Positions 9,912-19,700 of a stretch of 32,000 nucleotides of DNA are shown piece by piece. The stretch spans positions 1,290,001-1,322,000 of the forward strand of contig NZ_CP026606.1 of NCBI RefSeq assembly GCF_002945325.1. Direction: 5' to 3'. Position numbers and translations under genes: made by a program. This stretch comes from Methanococcus maripaludis. Its GTDB lineage: Archaea > AGJL01 > Methanococci > Methanococcales > Methanococcaceae. Under the pieces are notes generated by a model. That model was not told the DNA's origin. It saw nothing but the letters and a program-made list of their open reading frames with translations, and did not search any database. Position 1 is the stretch's first letter. Each line of letters begins with the position of its first letter.

Positions 9912-10646
9912 TTACATCGAAATTACTGGCTCGTCTTGACCTACGATGAATACGTAAGGCTTAACGGTTTTAAATTTCTCGCCATCTTTGTTTTCTAAAG
10001 TTACAATATCTGAGTACAATGCTCTGTTTTCAACTTCAACGATTTTAGCAAATTCTCCAACGTGTTTACCGCCAGTGATGTATGCTAATTTTCCTTCGCC
10101 AAATGCAACATGTCCAGCAATTGACTGTTCTGGAATTGAAATTAAAACACTGTCTCCAGTTTTGTAAACATCTTCTTCAGCTTTTGCAGCATCTGAAACT
10201 TTTACAATCTGGTTTCTACCATCGTGAAGGTTTAATTGAATGTTTCCGCCTTTAACGACAGTTTTGTTTACGATTTTGCACAATTTTACATCGGTTTTAT
10301 CAGTTTTTTTCAAGCTGATTCTTCCGCTTTCGTCAAATAATACAAGGTAAGTTTCATCCATTTCAGGGATTGATAAAACATCCATTAATCCAGCAGGGTG
10401 TTTGTACTCTTTTCTTTTTAATCCATCGATTAAAATTTTTCCTGTTTGGATAATTTTTTTAGCTTCTCTTGCATTGTCAGCATATTTTAATACATCTCTT
10501 ACAACTAACAATAATGGCAAGGATTTATCCATTGAATGTGGTCCAGGTGATGGTCTTACCGTAAATGTTTTCACTTTTCTAGGAAGTTGCCAATTTGCTG
10601 GAGCAGCCAATCTTTTAAGATGTTTTCTAGGTCCTTTAATTGCCAT
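9912..10646 (-). CDS. rps4e: 30S ribosomal protein S4e (eS4)
   Basis: MAIKGPRKHLKRLAAPANWQLPRKVKTFTVRPSPGPHSMDKSLPL; ATG at 10646 preceded by GAGGTG. Confidence 0.96.
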   Translation of the reverse strand: MAIKGPRKHLKRLAAPANWQLPRKVKTFTVRPSPGPHSMDKSLPLLLVVRDVLKYADNAREAKKIIQTGKILIDGLKRKEYKHPAGLMDVLSIPEMDETYLVLFDESGRISLKKTDKTDVKLCKIVNKTVVKGGNIQLNLHDGRNQIVKVSDAAKAEEDVYKTGDSVLISIPEQSIAGHVAFGEGKLAYITGGKHVGEFAKIVEVENRALYSDIVTLENKDGEKFKTVKPYVFIVGQDEPVISM

Positions 10647-10657
10647 GCTCACACCTC

Positions 10658-11017
10658 TTAGTTACTTGAATTTTTAAATCTCTTTTCGTCTGATTCGTCC
10701 AATTTGGTAATCATAACATTTGATGGATGAATTGGATATGCTGTTTCATTTCCATCTTGTTTTTTGTTAACTACTCCTTCAACAATGATTTTGTATCCTG
10801 CGTAGTCAACTTTTGAAACTTCCCCTTCAATTCCTTTGAAATTTCCTCTGAGTACTTTTACAGTATCTCCTTTTTTCACAGGAAGGGAGTTTTTAGCGTA
10901 TTTTTCTTTTAATTCTTTTGCTAGCATTGCAGACATAACGCTATTTCTTAAATGTAATGGTGCGTTGTAGAGTGCTTTTCTTTGTTTTCTTGGCTGTTTT
11001 GAGTTTGTCAAAACCAT
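10658..11017 (-). CDS. rpl24p: 50S ribosomal protein L24 (uL24)
   Basis: [18 protein letters not shown]; [25 protein letters not shown] (KOW motif). Confidence 0.95.
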   Translation of the reverse strand: MVLTNSKQPRKQRKALYNAPLHLRNSVMSAMLAKELKEKYAKNSLPVKKGDTVKVLRGNFKGIEGEVSKVDYAGYKIIVEGVVNKKQDGNETAYPIHPSNVMITKLDESDEKRFKNSSN

Positions 11018-11036
11018 GATTTCACCACATGCCTAA

Positions 11037-11435
11037 TTAGTGAATAATTTTAGCTAATCTTGAAACACCAGGCCATCTTTCAGCAGCTTCTTTTGAAACT
11101 GGACCTTTAATTTCTGAACCTTTTGGTGTTCCTTCTGGGGTAACAATAACAGCTGCGTTATCTTCGAATTTTACTCTTGTACCGTCAGCTCTTCTGTATT
11201 CTTTTTTCTGTCTGATGATAATTGCAGGTAAAACCTGTTTTCTCATTTCAGGAGTACCTTTTTTCACTGAAACGAAAACCATATGGCCTACACCACCTGC
11301 AGGTAACCTTCTTACAGTACCTACGTAGTTTTTAACTGCAATTACTTCGAGCTCTTTTGCACCTGTGTTATCTGCACAGACGAGTCTAGCTCCGTTAGGT
11401 AATGATCTTACGATGTTTGAACCTAGTCCTTTCAT
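11037..11435 (-). CDS. rpl14p: 50S ribosomal protein L14 (uL14)
   Basis: [44 protein letters not shown]; MKGLG start at 11435 with GGTGAA SD. Confidence 0.96.
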   Translation of the reverse strand: MKGLGSNIVRSLPNGARLVCADNTGAKELEVIAVKNYVGTVRRLPAGGVGHMVFVSVKKGTPEMRKQVLPAIIIRQKKEYRRADGTRVKFEDNAAVIVTPEGTPKGSEIKGPVSKEAAERWPGVSRLAKIIH

Positions 11436-11455
11436 AATATTCACCTTTTAAAGGA

Positions 11456-11785
11456 TTATTCCAGGTTTTCAGTTTTTTCAATTACAACAAATGATTTTGT
11501 TTTACTGATAGGCCTGCATTCCATAACTTTCACAGTGTCGCCAACTTTTGCTTTGATGCATGCAGGGTTGTGTGCAACCAATGAAGTTGTTCTTTTTTCG
11601 TATCTTTCGTACTTGGATATGTATCCAGTAACTTCTCTTTTGATTACGATTGTGTCGTGTCCTTTGTCACTTGTAACGATTCCTTCGAATATTTGTCCTC
11701 TTACGGATAAAGTTCCGTGGAATGGACAGTTAGGATCTTCACAAACGTTTTCAGGAGCTTTTACATCGATTCCAATGTTTGACAT
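11456..11785 (-). CDS. rps17p: 30S ribosomal protein S17 (uS17)
   Basis: CPFHGTLSVRGQIFEGIVTSDKGHDTIVIKREVTGYISKYERYEKRTTSLVAHNP; MSNIG start with GGAGGT SD. Confidence 0.95.
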   Translation of the reverse strand: MSNIGIDVKAPENVCEDPNCPFHGTLSVRGQIFEGIVTSDKGHDTIVIKREVTGYISKYERYEKRTTSLVAHNPACIKAKVGDTVKVMECRPISKTKSFVVIEKTENLE

Positions 11786-11950
11786 AATCATACCTCCTAA
11801 TTATTTAGAGTGTTTAATGTCGATTTTAAAGTTCCAGATTTAATACGGGCTACAGGTATATAATGTTTTCACAAATACCACTAACGCCTGTTTAGAACTT
11901 AAATTTTAATTCTTATTTTCAATTTGGGACATTTAAAATAGCTGAGAAGC

Positions 11951-12247
11951 TTAGTACGAGTAGAGTTGTTTTATTTTTCTTTTTAACCTGTCTTCAGGTC
12001 GTCCAACAAGTAGTCTTCCATCGATATCGATTTTTACAACATTTTCAGACTCAAATTGAATTCTGAATGTTGAAATTTCTTTTACGAGGGTAATTTCCTT
12101 GCCGTTTTCTTTTTCAAGAACTAGCGTATTTCTAGTCTCGTTAATTACTCTACCTTTTGTTGAAATCAAACCAGAATCTGTAGATTTTACAACTTCAAGG
12201 TTTAATCCAATTAGTTCATGTCTCAATATATTTTGTGACAATTTCAT
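11951..12247 (-). CDS. rnp1: Ribonuclease P protein component 1 (Rpp29/Rnp1)
   Basis: MKLSQNILRHELIGLNLEVVKSTDSGLISTKGRVINETRNTLVLE...; located between aIF1 and rps17, the conserved archaeal arrangement. Confidence 0.88.
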   Translation of the reverse strand: MKLSQNILRHELIGLNLEVVKSTDSGLISTKGRVINETRNTLVLEKENGKEITLVKEISTFRIQFESENVVKIDIDGRLLVGRPEDRLKRKIKQLYSY

Positions 12248-12316
12248 GGGTGTCCCTACCCTTTGAGCATGGGGGTGTACATTTTTCAGTATCCACATAC
12301 TCATGTGAATAGTTAA

Positions 12317-12625
12317 TTATCTGACATCTATCATGTCTTTTGAGAATCCCATTTTGATTAGGGTTTCTTCAGCTTTTCTCCTGTGGTCTCCCTGTAACTC
12401 GATAGAATCTTTCTTTACAGTTCCGCCGCAGGCACATATATCTTTTAACTTTTTAGCCAAATCTTTTACATCAATCAAGTCCGCATCAAAGCCGTCGACG
12501 ACTGTCATCAGCTTACCAAACCTTCTTTTAGTTACGTAAACTTTAATTTTCTGTTCTTCCTTTGCAATCTCTTCACAGACACACAAATCTTTTGGTAAAC
12601 CACATATAGGACAAATCTCTGGCAT
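12317..12625 (-). CDS. Translation initiation factor aIF1 (SUI1/YciH family), with N-terminal CPICG..LCVC element
   Basis: [47 protein letters not shown]...[31 protein letters not shown]; ATG at 12625 preceded by GAGGTG. Confidence 0.93.
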
Positions 12626-12708
12626 CAATGCACCTCTCATCTTGATAGACTAATTTTGTTATAAGTATACTGGATATACATACTGATTGATGGTATTTAA
12701 AATTATGC

Positions 12709-12924
12709 TTAAGCATTTTCTGCTTGAGCTTCTTTTTCTTTCATGATTGTTAAGATTCTAGCGATTGTTCTTTTGGTTTCGCTGATCTTACCTGGATTTG
12801 AAGGTGCACCGCCTGTTGACTTGTTTACGCCTTCTTTCATTAATTCTCTTTTCAATTCTGCGATTTTTCCTTTCATTTCTTCAACTGAAAGTTCCCTTAT
12901 TTCGCTAGCTTTTAAGATCGCCAT
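12709..12924 (-). CDS. rpl29p: 50S ribosomal protein L29 (uL29)
   Basis: [59 protein letters not shown]. Confidence 0.95.
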   Translation of the reverse strand: MAILKASEIRELSVEEMKGKIAELKRELMKEGVNKSTGGAPSNPGKISETKRTIARILTIMKEKEAQAENA

Positions 12925-12934
12925 TTACATCACC

Positions 12935-13570
12935 TTATTCTTGGGATACTTCACTAATTTCACTAACTTCTTTGATTTCGCCGGATGAAATTACAATTTC
13001 ATCAGGTAATGATACGTCAGGTCTCATTATTTTTACAGTAACTCCAACAATACCGAGTTTTAATTTTGCTAATTGGTGTGACTTGTTTACAAGTGCTTCA
13101 GCAGGTTCACCGCAGTGTTTCATGTATCCGTCCATGAACTTTTCAGTTCTTGACCTTTCTCCGGATAATTTTCCAGAAACTATGATTGCAACACCTTTAG
13201 CGCCTGAACCCATAACTCTTCTTATTGCTGAGTGAGCTGTTTTTCTAAAGTGCATTCCTCTTTCTAATGAAGATGCGATCTTGTGTCCAACAACAGCAGG
13301 GTCTAAATCTGGGTTTTCAACCTGTTTAACTTCAATTTGTGGGTTTTTAACTGAGTATTCTGTTGCGAGTGTTTCAGTTAATTCTTTAACCATTTTTCCT
13401 TTTCTTCCGATAACGAAACCTGGTTTTTCAGCGAATACAGTTATTCTTGTTCCAATTGGTGTTTTTTTGAAATCGATGTGGCTGTATCCTGCTCTAACTA
13501 ATTTAGTTTTAAAGTATTCGTCGATTAATGTTTCGGAAACATTTTCTCCAACAAATGTTCTTTCAATCAT
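12935..13570 (-). CDS. rps3p: 30S ribosomal protein S3 (uS3)
   Basis: [24 protein letters not shown]...[39 protein letters not shown] (KH GxxG); start at 13570 with GGTGAA SD. Confidence 0.96.
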   Translation of the reverse strand: MIERTFVGENVSETLIDEYFKTKLVRAGYSHIDFKKTPIGTRITVFAEKPGFVIGRKGKMVKELTETLATEYSVKNPQIEVKQVENPDLDPAVVGHKIASSLERGMHFRKTAHSAIRRVMGSGAKGVAIIVSGKLSGERSRTEKFMDGYMKHCGEPAEALVNKSHQLAKLKLGIVGVTVKIMRPDVSLPDEIVISSGEIKEVSEISEVSQE

Positions 13571-13580
13571 TGTTTCACCA

Positions 13581-14042
13581 TTAGTAGAATTCTTCAAGGA
13601 TTACTTGGATATGTATTGTTTCTTGGTTTTTAGGGCTTGCTCTACCAAATGCTCTTGGCATATATCTTTTAATTGTGAAGCCTCTGTTTGATGATATGTG
13701 TTTAATTCTTAATTTTTCTGTGTTTAATCCTTTTTGCTCAGCGTTTTTCTTAGCGTTATCTAAAACGTTTAAGATTTCTAACGAAGCTTTCTGTGGGAAT
13801 CTACCTGAGTGTGTTCCAATTTTTCCTTTTCTGTGTGGTAAGTCTTTGTTGTGAACTTTGAATGGAACAGGAGTTTCTAATGCGATTACTCTGTTTAAGT
13901 ATGCAACAGCAGCATCTAATTTCATTCCACTTAATTCTCTGCAAAGTTCAATAGCATGTTTTCTTGATATTCTTAAAGTTCTGCCCATAGCTCTTGCAGT
14001 GTTCTTTGGGTCAGCTTCAACTTTGTATTTTAGTTTAGCCAT
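13581..14042 (-). CDS. rpl22p: 50S ribosomal protein L22 (uL22)
   Basis: [39 protein letters not shown]...[28 protein letters not shown]; SD GAGGTGA before ATG at 14042. Confidence 0.96.
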   Translation of the reverse strand: MAKLKYKVEADPKNTARAMGRTLRISRKHAIELCRELSGMKLDAAVAYLNRVIALETPVPFKVHNKDLPHRKGKIGTHSGRFPQKASLEILNVLDNAKKNAEQKGLNTEKLRIKHISSNRGFTIKRYMPRAFGRASPKNQETIHIQVILEEFY

Positions 14043-14061
14043 CGTCTTCACCTCAATCGGG

Positions 14062-14271
14062 TTAGTCTCTCATCTTTAACAGGAGTTTAGCTGTATTGAT
14101 GTAGTGTACTTTCACGTTTCCAATCGTGTTTTTTATTATTGGATTGGTTTTTTTATTTCCAATCTCTATAACAGGATTATTTTCATGTTTTACATTGATA
14201 GAGTATCCCCTATCATCCATATAGTCAATAGCCTTTTTTATTTGCTTAAACTTATTTATATAGTTTATCAT
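14062..14271 (-). CDS. Hypothetical 69-aa protein upstream of rpl22 (uncertain)
   Basis: MINYINKFKQIKKAIDYMDDRGYSINVKHENNPVIEIGNKKTNPIIKNTIGNVKVHYINTAKLLLKMRD; stop about 20 nt before rpl22 ATG. Against: weak SD and a TATA-like TATATAAAT element inside its first codons. Confidence 0.4.
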   Translation of the reverse strand: MINYINKFKQIKKAIDYMDDRGYSINVKHENNPVIEIGNKKTNPIIKNTIGNVKVHYINTAKLLLKMRD

Positions 14272-14362
14272 AACAATCCCATATTTTGAATTAAAGCTTA
14301 GAATGAGTGTTATTTTAAGTTAGGGCTATTTTTCGTTATTTAAAAAATTAGTATTGGTGAAA

Positions 14363-14632
14363 TTAAACGAGTGAAAGTTCAACTACTTCAGCGCTTTCTA
14401 CATTTTCTAAAGCGTTCATAGCTTCTTCGATAGGGTCCATTCCGCCTTCTTTTTCTTCCATTTCAACCATTACATACACAGTGTAGAGTCCAAATGCGAG
14501 TGGTTCGTCAGTTACTCCTCTGCATTTTGCATCGTTTTGTTCAACGAGTTCTTTTAAAGATTCTTTTAAAGATTCTTTTTCTACTTCTGGGCTTGTAGGC
14601 ATTACTTTTACTTTTGCGATAACTGTAGCCAT
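14363..14632 (-). CDS. ef1b: Translation elongation factor 1-beta
   Basis: MATVIAKVKVMPTSPEVEKESLKESLKELVEQNDAKCRGVTDEPLAFGLYTVYVMVEMEEKEGGMDPIEEAMNALENVESAEVVELSLV, 89 aa. Confidence 0.93.
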   Translation of the reverse strand: MATVIAKVKVMPTSPEVEKESLKESLKELVEQNDAKCRGVTDEPLAFGLYTVYVMVEMEEKEGGMDPIEEAMNALENVESAEVVELSLV

Positions 14633-14663
14633 ATTTTCACCTAAGTTTCGTTTTTAGATTAAT

Positions 14664-14828
14664 TTAAGGACCTTCGTATCCACATACTGGGCAACTGTAT
14701 CCGTTGCTTAATTTTCTGCATTTTTCGCATCTTATGATTTCTGCTTTTCCACAGTTAGGGCACAAGAATTTTGTAGCATTTTCTCTAGCTGCAATTTCTG
14801 CATTGCAAGAAGTACATTTTTGTTTCAT
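14664..14828 (-). CDS. Zn-ribbon protein of the small archaeal family linked to translation (COG2888/HVO_2753-like); missing from ORF track
   Basis: Manual translation: [54 protein letters not shown] (54 aa); four CxxC pairs; GGTGAG SD; directly upstream of EF-1beta. Confidence 0.92.
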   Translation of the reverse strand: MKQKCTSCNAEIAARENATKFLCPNCGKAEIIRCEKCRKLSNGYSCPVCGYEGP

Positions 14829-14846
14829 GTTTCTCACCATAGTGTT

Positions 14847-15476
14847 TTATTTCAAGGTTATTTTCGTATACGTATCTACTACGCCTTTAAAAATGTTATT
14901 TATTCTCTCAGGATGATTTCCGTTAACAACAAAGCACTTAATGCCGTATTCGGATATAAGTTTTGGTAGGTGTTTATCCACAGACGTAAAACCTTTAATC
15001 GTTTTTGTATTTATTGTATTTAATAGTTTTCCCTCAGGATATTTATCATAAATTCCGTCGACGTCGGTGGCTATAATTAGTGTTTTAGAGTTTAATAATT
15101 TTGCTATATATGCTGCAAATGAATCCGAAGTAACTTCCCAAGAATAGGGCAGTTCATCAGTACTAAGTATAATATTTGATGGAAGTATTATAACTATACT
15201 TTCATCTCTCAGGATTTTTTTTGCATCAAACAGATTATCTGCTGTTTTTATCCCCGAAATTTCGGAAAAATAGGTTCCAGTTATATCCGTACACATTGTT
15301 GCAAGTTTATGTGCAGAAATATCATTAATTTTTTCATTTTCATGAAGATTTCGAACCACATTTGCGAAATTTCCCCCGCCAGGCATAATTACAACTTTTT
15401 CTCCCGATTTTTTAAGATTTTCAAGAATATTCACTGCGTTATTCGTTAAACTTCCGCCAATTTTTACAACGTACAC
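14847..15476 (-). CDS. mfnE: Amino-acid-kinase-fold protein, MfnE-like (methanofuran biosynthesis kinase); GTG start (15476 or 15485)
   Basis: YVVKIGGSL N-terminus, MPGGGNFANVV, ATDVDGIYD motif. Function assigned from recall of the methanogen family. Confidence 0.65.
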   Translation of the reverse strand: MYVVKIGGSLTNNAVNILENLKKSGEKVVIMPGGGNFANVVRNLHENEKINDISAHKLATMCTDITGTYFSEISGIKTADNLFDAKKILRDESIVIILPSNIILSTDELPYSWEVTSDSFAAYIAKLLNSKTLIIATDVDGIYDKYPEGKLLNTINTKTIKGFTSVDKHLPKLISEYGIKCFVVNGNHPERINNIFKGVVDTYTKITLK

Positions 15477-15485
15477 GACTACCAC

Positions 15486-16733
15486 TTATTTTAATATATC
15501 AAGATACACTTCTGCCATTTTTATTAAATTTTCTATTTTCACGTGTTCATTTGGCTGGTGTGCAGTTTCGTCTCCAATCCCCCAAACTGCAGTGTTGTAT
15601 TCTTTTTCTCTTAAAAATGCGGCAACGGTTCCACCACCCATTCCACATAATATGGGTTCTTTATTTAACACGTTTTTAATTGCAGAACCTAGTTTTTTAA
15701 CAACTTCTGAATCTTTTTTTGTTTCTTCTGCTTTTTCAAGTTTTAAAATCTCGTAAGTTATCGAAATATTTTCTTTTTCAGAAATATCAAAATGGAGAAT
15801 ATGTTTTTCAATTTCATTTTTAAAAACTTCAATATAATTTTCAATATCGTTTAGGATTTCTTTTGGATCGTATTTTGGAATAATTCTGCAGTCAAAGTTT
15901 AATTCAACGTATCCCGGAATTGTATTTATGTTTTCAATGTTATTTTTCAAAATTGTGGGTTCAAACGTTGAAAATGCGGGGTTGAATATTGGATTTATGC
16001 CAGTATATTTACCGTAGAGTTTATCGTAAAGTCCTTTTCCAAATGAAAATGCGATTAAATCTGCGTTTATTCCATTTTCAGGAACACTTCCATGGCACTG
16101 TTTTCCAGTAATTTTAAACTTTATCCATAGTATGTTTTTTTCAGCAATTTCAATAAATTCTCCTTCAGGCATTCCAAAATCTGGAACAATTATTAAATCT
16201 TTTGAGCCGAAAAGTTCATCTTCAAAATTATTTACAAGGTAAGATAGACCGTATTTACTGCCGTCTTCTTCGTCAGCTACAAAAATTAGATTTAGATTAT
16301 ATTTTGGATCGATTTTTTCTTCAAAAATCATCTTTAAAAGCAAAAACGATGAAACTATTCCTTTATGGTTGTCTTCACTGCCTCTCCCATAAATTATTCC
16401 GTCTTTTATTTCGGCTTTGAATGGGTTGGAGTTCCAGAGGCTAAGGTCCCCTTCAGGAACTATGTCCATGTGTGAAATTATTGTTAAGGTATCCTTTTTT
16501 CCAAAATCGTATTTTGAAACGATATTTGGCCTTTCAATTCCGTCTGAATCAACTGAATTGTATTCGATTATTTCGCAATTTTTTATCGAATACATATAAC
16601 GGTATTCTTTTAGCTTATTTTTTATGTAAATTGACTTTTCTTTTTCCCCAATTCCACCAAAAGTTGGATTTACTGAGTTTATAGATATTAAATCAGAAGA
16701 AAGTTCAATAGTTTCATCCAAAATACTTTTCAT
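15486..16733 (-). CDS. M20 family metallopeptidase (ArgE/DapE/ACY1-like)
   Basis: TLTIISHMDIVPEGDLSLWNSNPF, GIIYGRGSEDNHKG, FVADEEDGSKYG, GMGGGTVAAFLR; start MKSILDE with GGTGAA SD. Confidence 0.88.
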   Translation of the reverse strand: MKSILDETIELSSDLISINSVNPTFGGIGEKEKSIYIKNKLKEYRYMYSIKNCEIIEYNSVDSDGIERPNIVSKYDFGKKDTLTIISHMDIVPEGDLSLWNSNPFKAEIKDGIIYGRGSEDNHKGIVSSFLLLKMIFEEKIDPKYNLNLIFVADEEDGSKYGLSYLVNNFEDELFGSKDLIIVPDFGMPEGEFIEIAEKNILWIKFKITGKQCHGSVPENGINADLIAFSFGKGLYDKLYGKYTGINPIFNPAFSTFEPTILKNNIENINTIPGYVELNFDCRIIPKYDPKEILNDIENYIEVFKNEIEKHILHFDISEKENISITYEILKLEKAEETKKDSEVVKKLGSAIKNVLNKEPILCGMGGGTVAAFLREKEYNTAVWGIGDETAHQPNEHVKIENLIKMAEVYLDILK

Positions 16734-16767
16734 GAGATTCACCGAAAATTATTTTATATTAAATATC

Positions 16768-19700
16768 TTAAATTTTTAATCCGACTAATTTACTGAGTCC
16801 ATTTTCCATACATACTCCATACATAACGTCAGACTTACTTATCATCTGTTCACGGTGAGATATTACAATGAACTGTGAATCTTTCGATGCATTTTTAATC
16901 ATTTCACCGATTAATCCCGCATTCTTTGTATCAAGTGCAGCATCAACTTCGTCAAGCACGTAGAACGGAGCAGGATTTAGGTGCTGGATCGCAAATAAAA
17001 ATGCAAGTGCAGTAAGCGACTTTTCACCACCGCTCATTACATCCAGGCTCTGTAATTTTTTGTTCATTGGGGATGCATCAATTAATAAACCGCCTGAAAA
17101 TGGATCTTCTGGATTTTCCAGACTTAATTTTCCACTTCCCCCAATTTCAGTATATATCTTTTCATAGTTTTCAGCAACTTTTAAGTAAACATCCATAAAT
17201 ACTTCTTTTTTCCTTTTGCTGACTTCTTCAATTAAATGGAGATATTTTTTTTCTTCGTTTTCGTAATCAGTTCTTTTTTCAAAGAGTTCGTCGTATCTAT
17301 CTACAATATATTGATAATCATCAATAGCACGCATGTTTACAGGTTCTAATTTTTTGATATGTCCTTCAAGGTCGATCTGGTGACTTTCAAGAGCATCTAC
17401 ATCAAACTCTTTTATTTTGGAAGTAATATCTTCAGATATTTGTTCGATATTTTCACAAACGTATAATTTTCTATCTTCTTCTTCAAGCCTAGTTTCATAT
17501 TTTGCCTTATCAATCGAAAGGCTGTTGATCTGACTTTCGTTCTGGTTAATTCTTCCGTAAACTCTTCTTTTTTCGCCATTTAATATTTCCAGTTCTTTTT
17601 CAAACGCTTCTTTCTTTTCAGTAAGTTCTCTTAAATCTTTTGTAAGGTCTTCGTAGCGTTCTTTTTTGGTTTTCAAAATTTCAAAGTTCTTTTCAACATT
17701 GTTTTTGTAGAATTGAATGTTTTGTTCAAGAATTGTCTTTTTTTCACTTAATTCTTTGATATTGCTATTTAATTCGCTTATTTTTGGGATTAAAACTTCT
17801 TTAATAAGCACTGCATCCCTTTTTATTTCGTTTTCAAATTCATTTTTTTTCTTTTCAAAATTAAGAATAGTTTCATCTATTACCTTGATTCTTTTGGAAT
17901 GCTCTGAATTTTCAAAAGATGCTATTTCTTCAGAAATCCTTTCCCTTTGGGTTGTAAATCCACTAATTTTTTTAGTAAATTCTTCGATTTTTCTTTCGAG
18001 TTCTTCTTTTGAACCTTCTAAATAATCTAGTTCTTCTTCGAGCTTTCGGGATTCCAATTCAAGTTCTTTAATTTTTACTCCATTGTTTGTGAGTATTCCT
18101 TCTTTTTTATGTTCCAAATCTTTAATAATCTTTAATCTGCTTTCAAGTTCCATCTTTCTTGTTGAATATGTTGCATTTTTATTTTGAAGGCGTTCAATTT
18201 CATCTTTAGTTTCAGATAATGTACCGTCGAGTTCTGAAATCTGCTCTGCAAGTTTTTCAAGTTTGGATGTGTCTATATCAACTTTAATAACTGATTTTTT
18301 TCTTGAACGTCCACCAATCATCGCACCGGATGGCTCGATGACCTCACCTTCAAGAGTTACAAATCGTGCTTTGTGATCTTTTGATAAGGTTTTTGCGTAA
18401 TCTAAATTTTCAACAATGATCGTATTTCCAAAAACATATCTGAATAAGTTTTCATATTCCGGTTTAAATTCAACAAGATCAATCGCCCTTCCAACGATCC
18501 CTTCATCATATAGATAAAGAGCTTCTGGTCCATTGATCCTATCAAGTGGTAAAAATGTGGTTCTACCAAGATTATTCTTTTTTAAATACTGAATTGCTCT
18601 TGCACCATCATCCATTCTTTTTACAACGATGTAATTTAGCCTGTTTCCACCTGCATTTTCAATTGCAGTTTTGTATTCTGCATCAGTTTTTCCTAAATTT
18701 CCTGCAATATCCACTACTCCAGGTAATTTTGCTTCAAGAACACTTTTTACGGCCCTATCAAGGCTGAAATCTTCCATATCTTTCATTGCCTTAATTTTAG
18801 CATTTTCTTTTATGTAATCGGCATGAGATTTATCCAATTTTTCCTGGTACTCTTTTTTATTTTCTAAAAGTGTTACAACTTTCTTTTTAGAGTATTCAAG
18901 TTCAACCGCAACATCCTCAAGTTCTTTGTACAGGCTTTTAGTATCTTCATGTTCTGAACGTATTTCTTCAAGTTCTTTTTGCAGGGTTTCGATAGTTTCT
19001 TTATTTTTTGTTAAATTAAATGATTTTTTGTTAATTTCATTTTCAAGAGCATTAAATTCATTTTTGAAATTGTAAAGTTCGTTCTGACTTTCATTTATTC
19101 TTTCAGATAATTTTCGCTCCTGCTGTTTCAATATTTCAGTCTGAGTTTCACTTTCTTCAACCTTTGACTTCAACTTCTTCTTTTCAGTTTCAAGATTTTC
19201 CATTTCAGTTTTTAAAGTGTTAATTTCCGCTTCTTTTTGGAGTGTTTCGGTCCTTATGGTTTCTATTTTTTGTCTAGTTTCTACTAAATCCTGTCCTTTT
19301 TTTTCGGATTGCGAATTTACATTTTTCAAGTCATCGAGAGCTCCGTTTAAGGACTTTTTGTCGTTATCAACGGTTACTTCCATTTCTTTAATGGACTTGT
19401 GAAGTTCCATTATCTCTTCATTTCCTTTTTCATTTAGCTCGTTTATCAAATTTTGAAGCCTATTTCTAATATCGTTTGATTTTGCATCGTATTCAGAAAT
19501 TTCCTTTAAGAAACAGACTTTCATTTCTTTGAGTGCTTCAATTTCTTCTTTAGTTTTTTCCAAAATTCCGTTTAAAAATTCAATTTTTTTAGAAGTTAAA
19601 ATGTATTTTGTTGCTTTTAATTCTTCTGTTAATTTAACATGAGTTTCAGCATCTTCTTTTTCTTTTTTAAGTTTTTCCAGATTGTTTTTTACTTCATTAA

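Noticed and set aside
6070-9998. Plus-strand ORFs at 6070-6276, 7545-7733, 7597-7812, 8001-8219, 9246-9497 and 9612-9998
   Set aside because: Antisense to tightly packed ribosomal protein genes.
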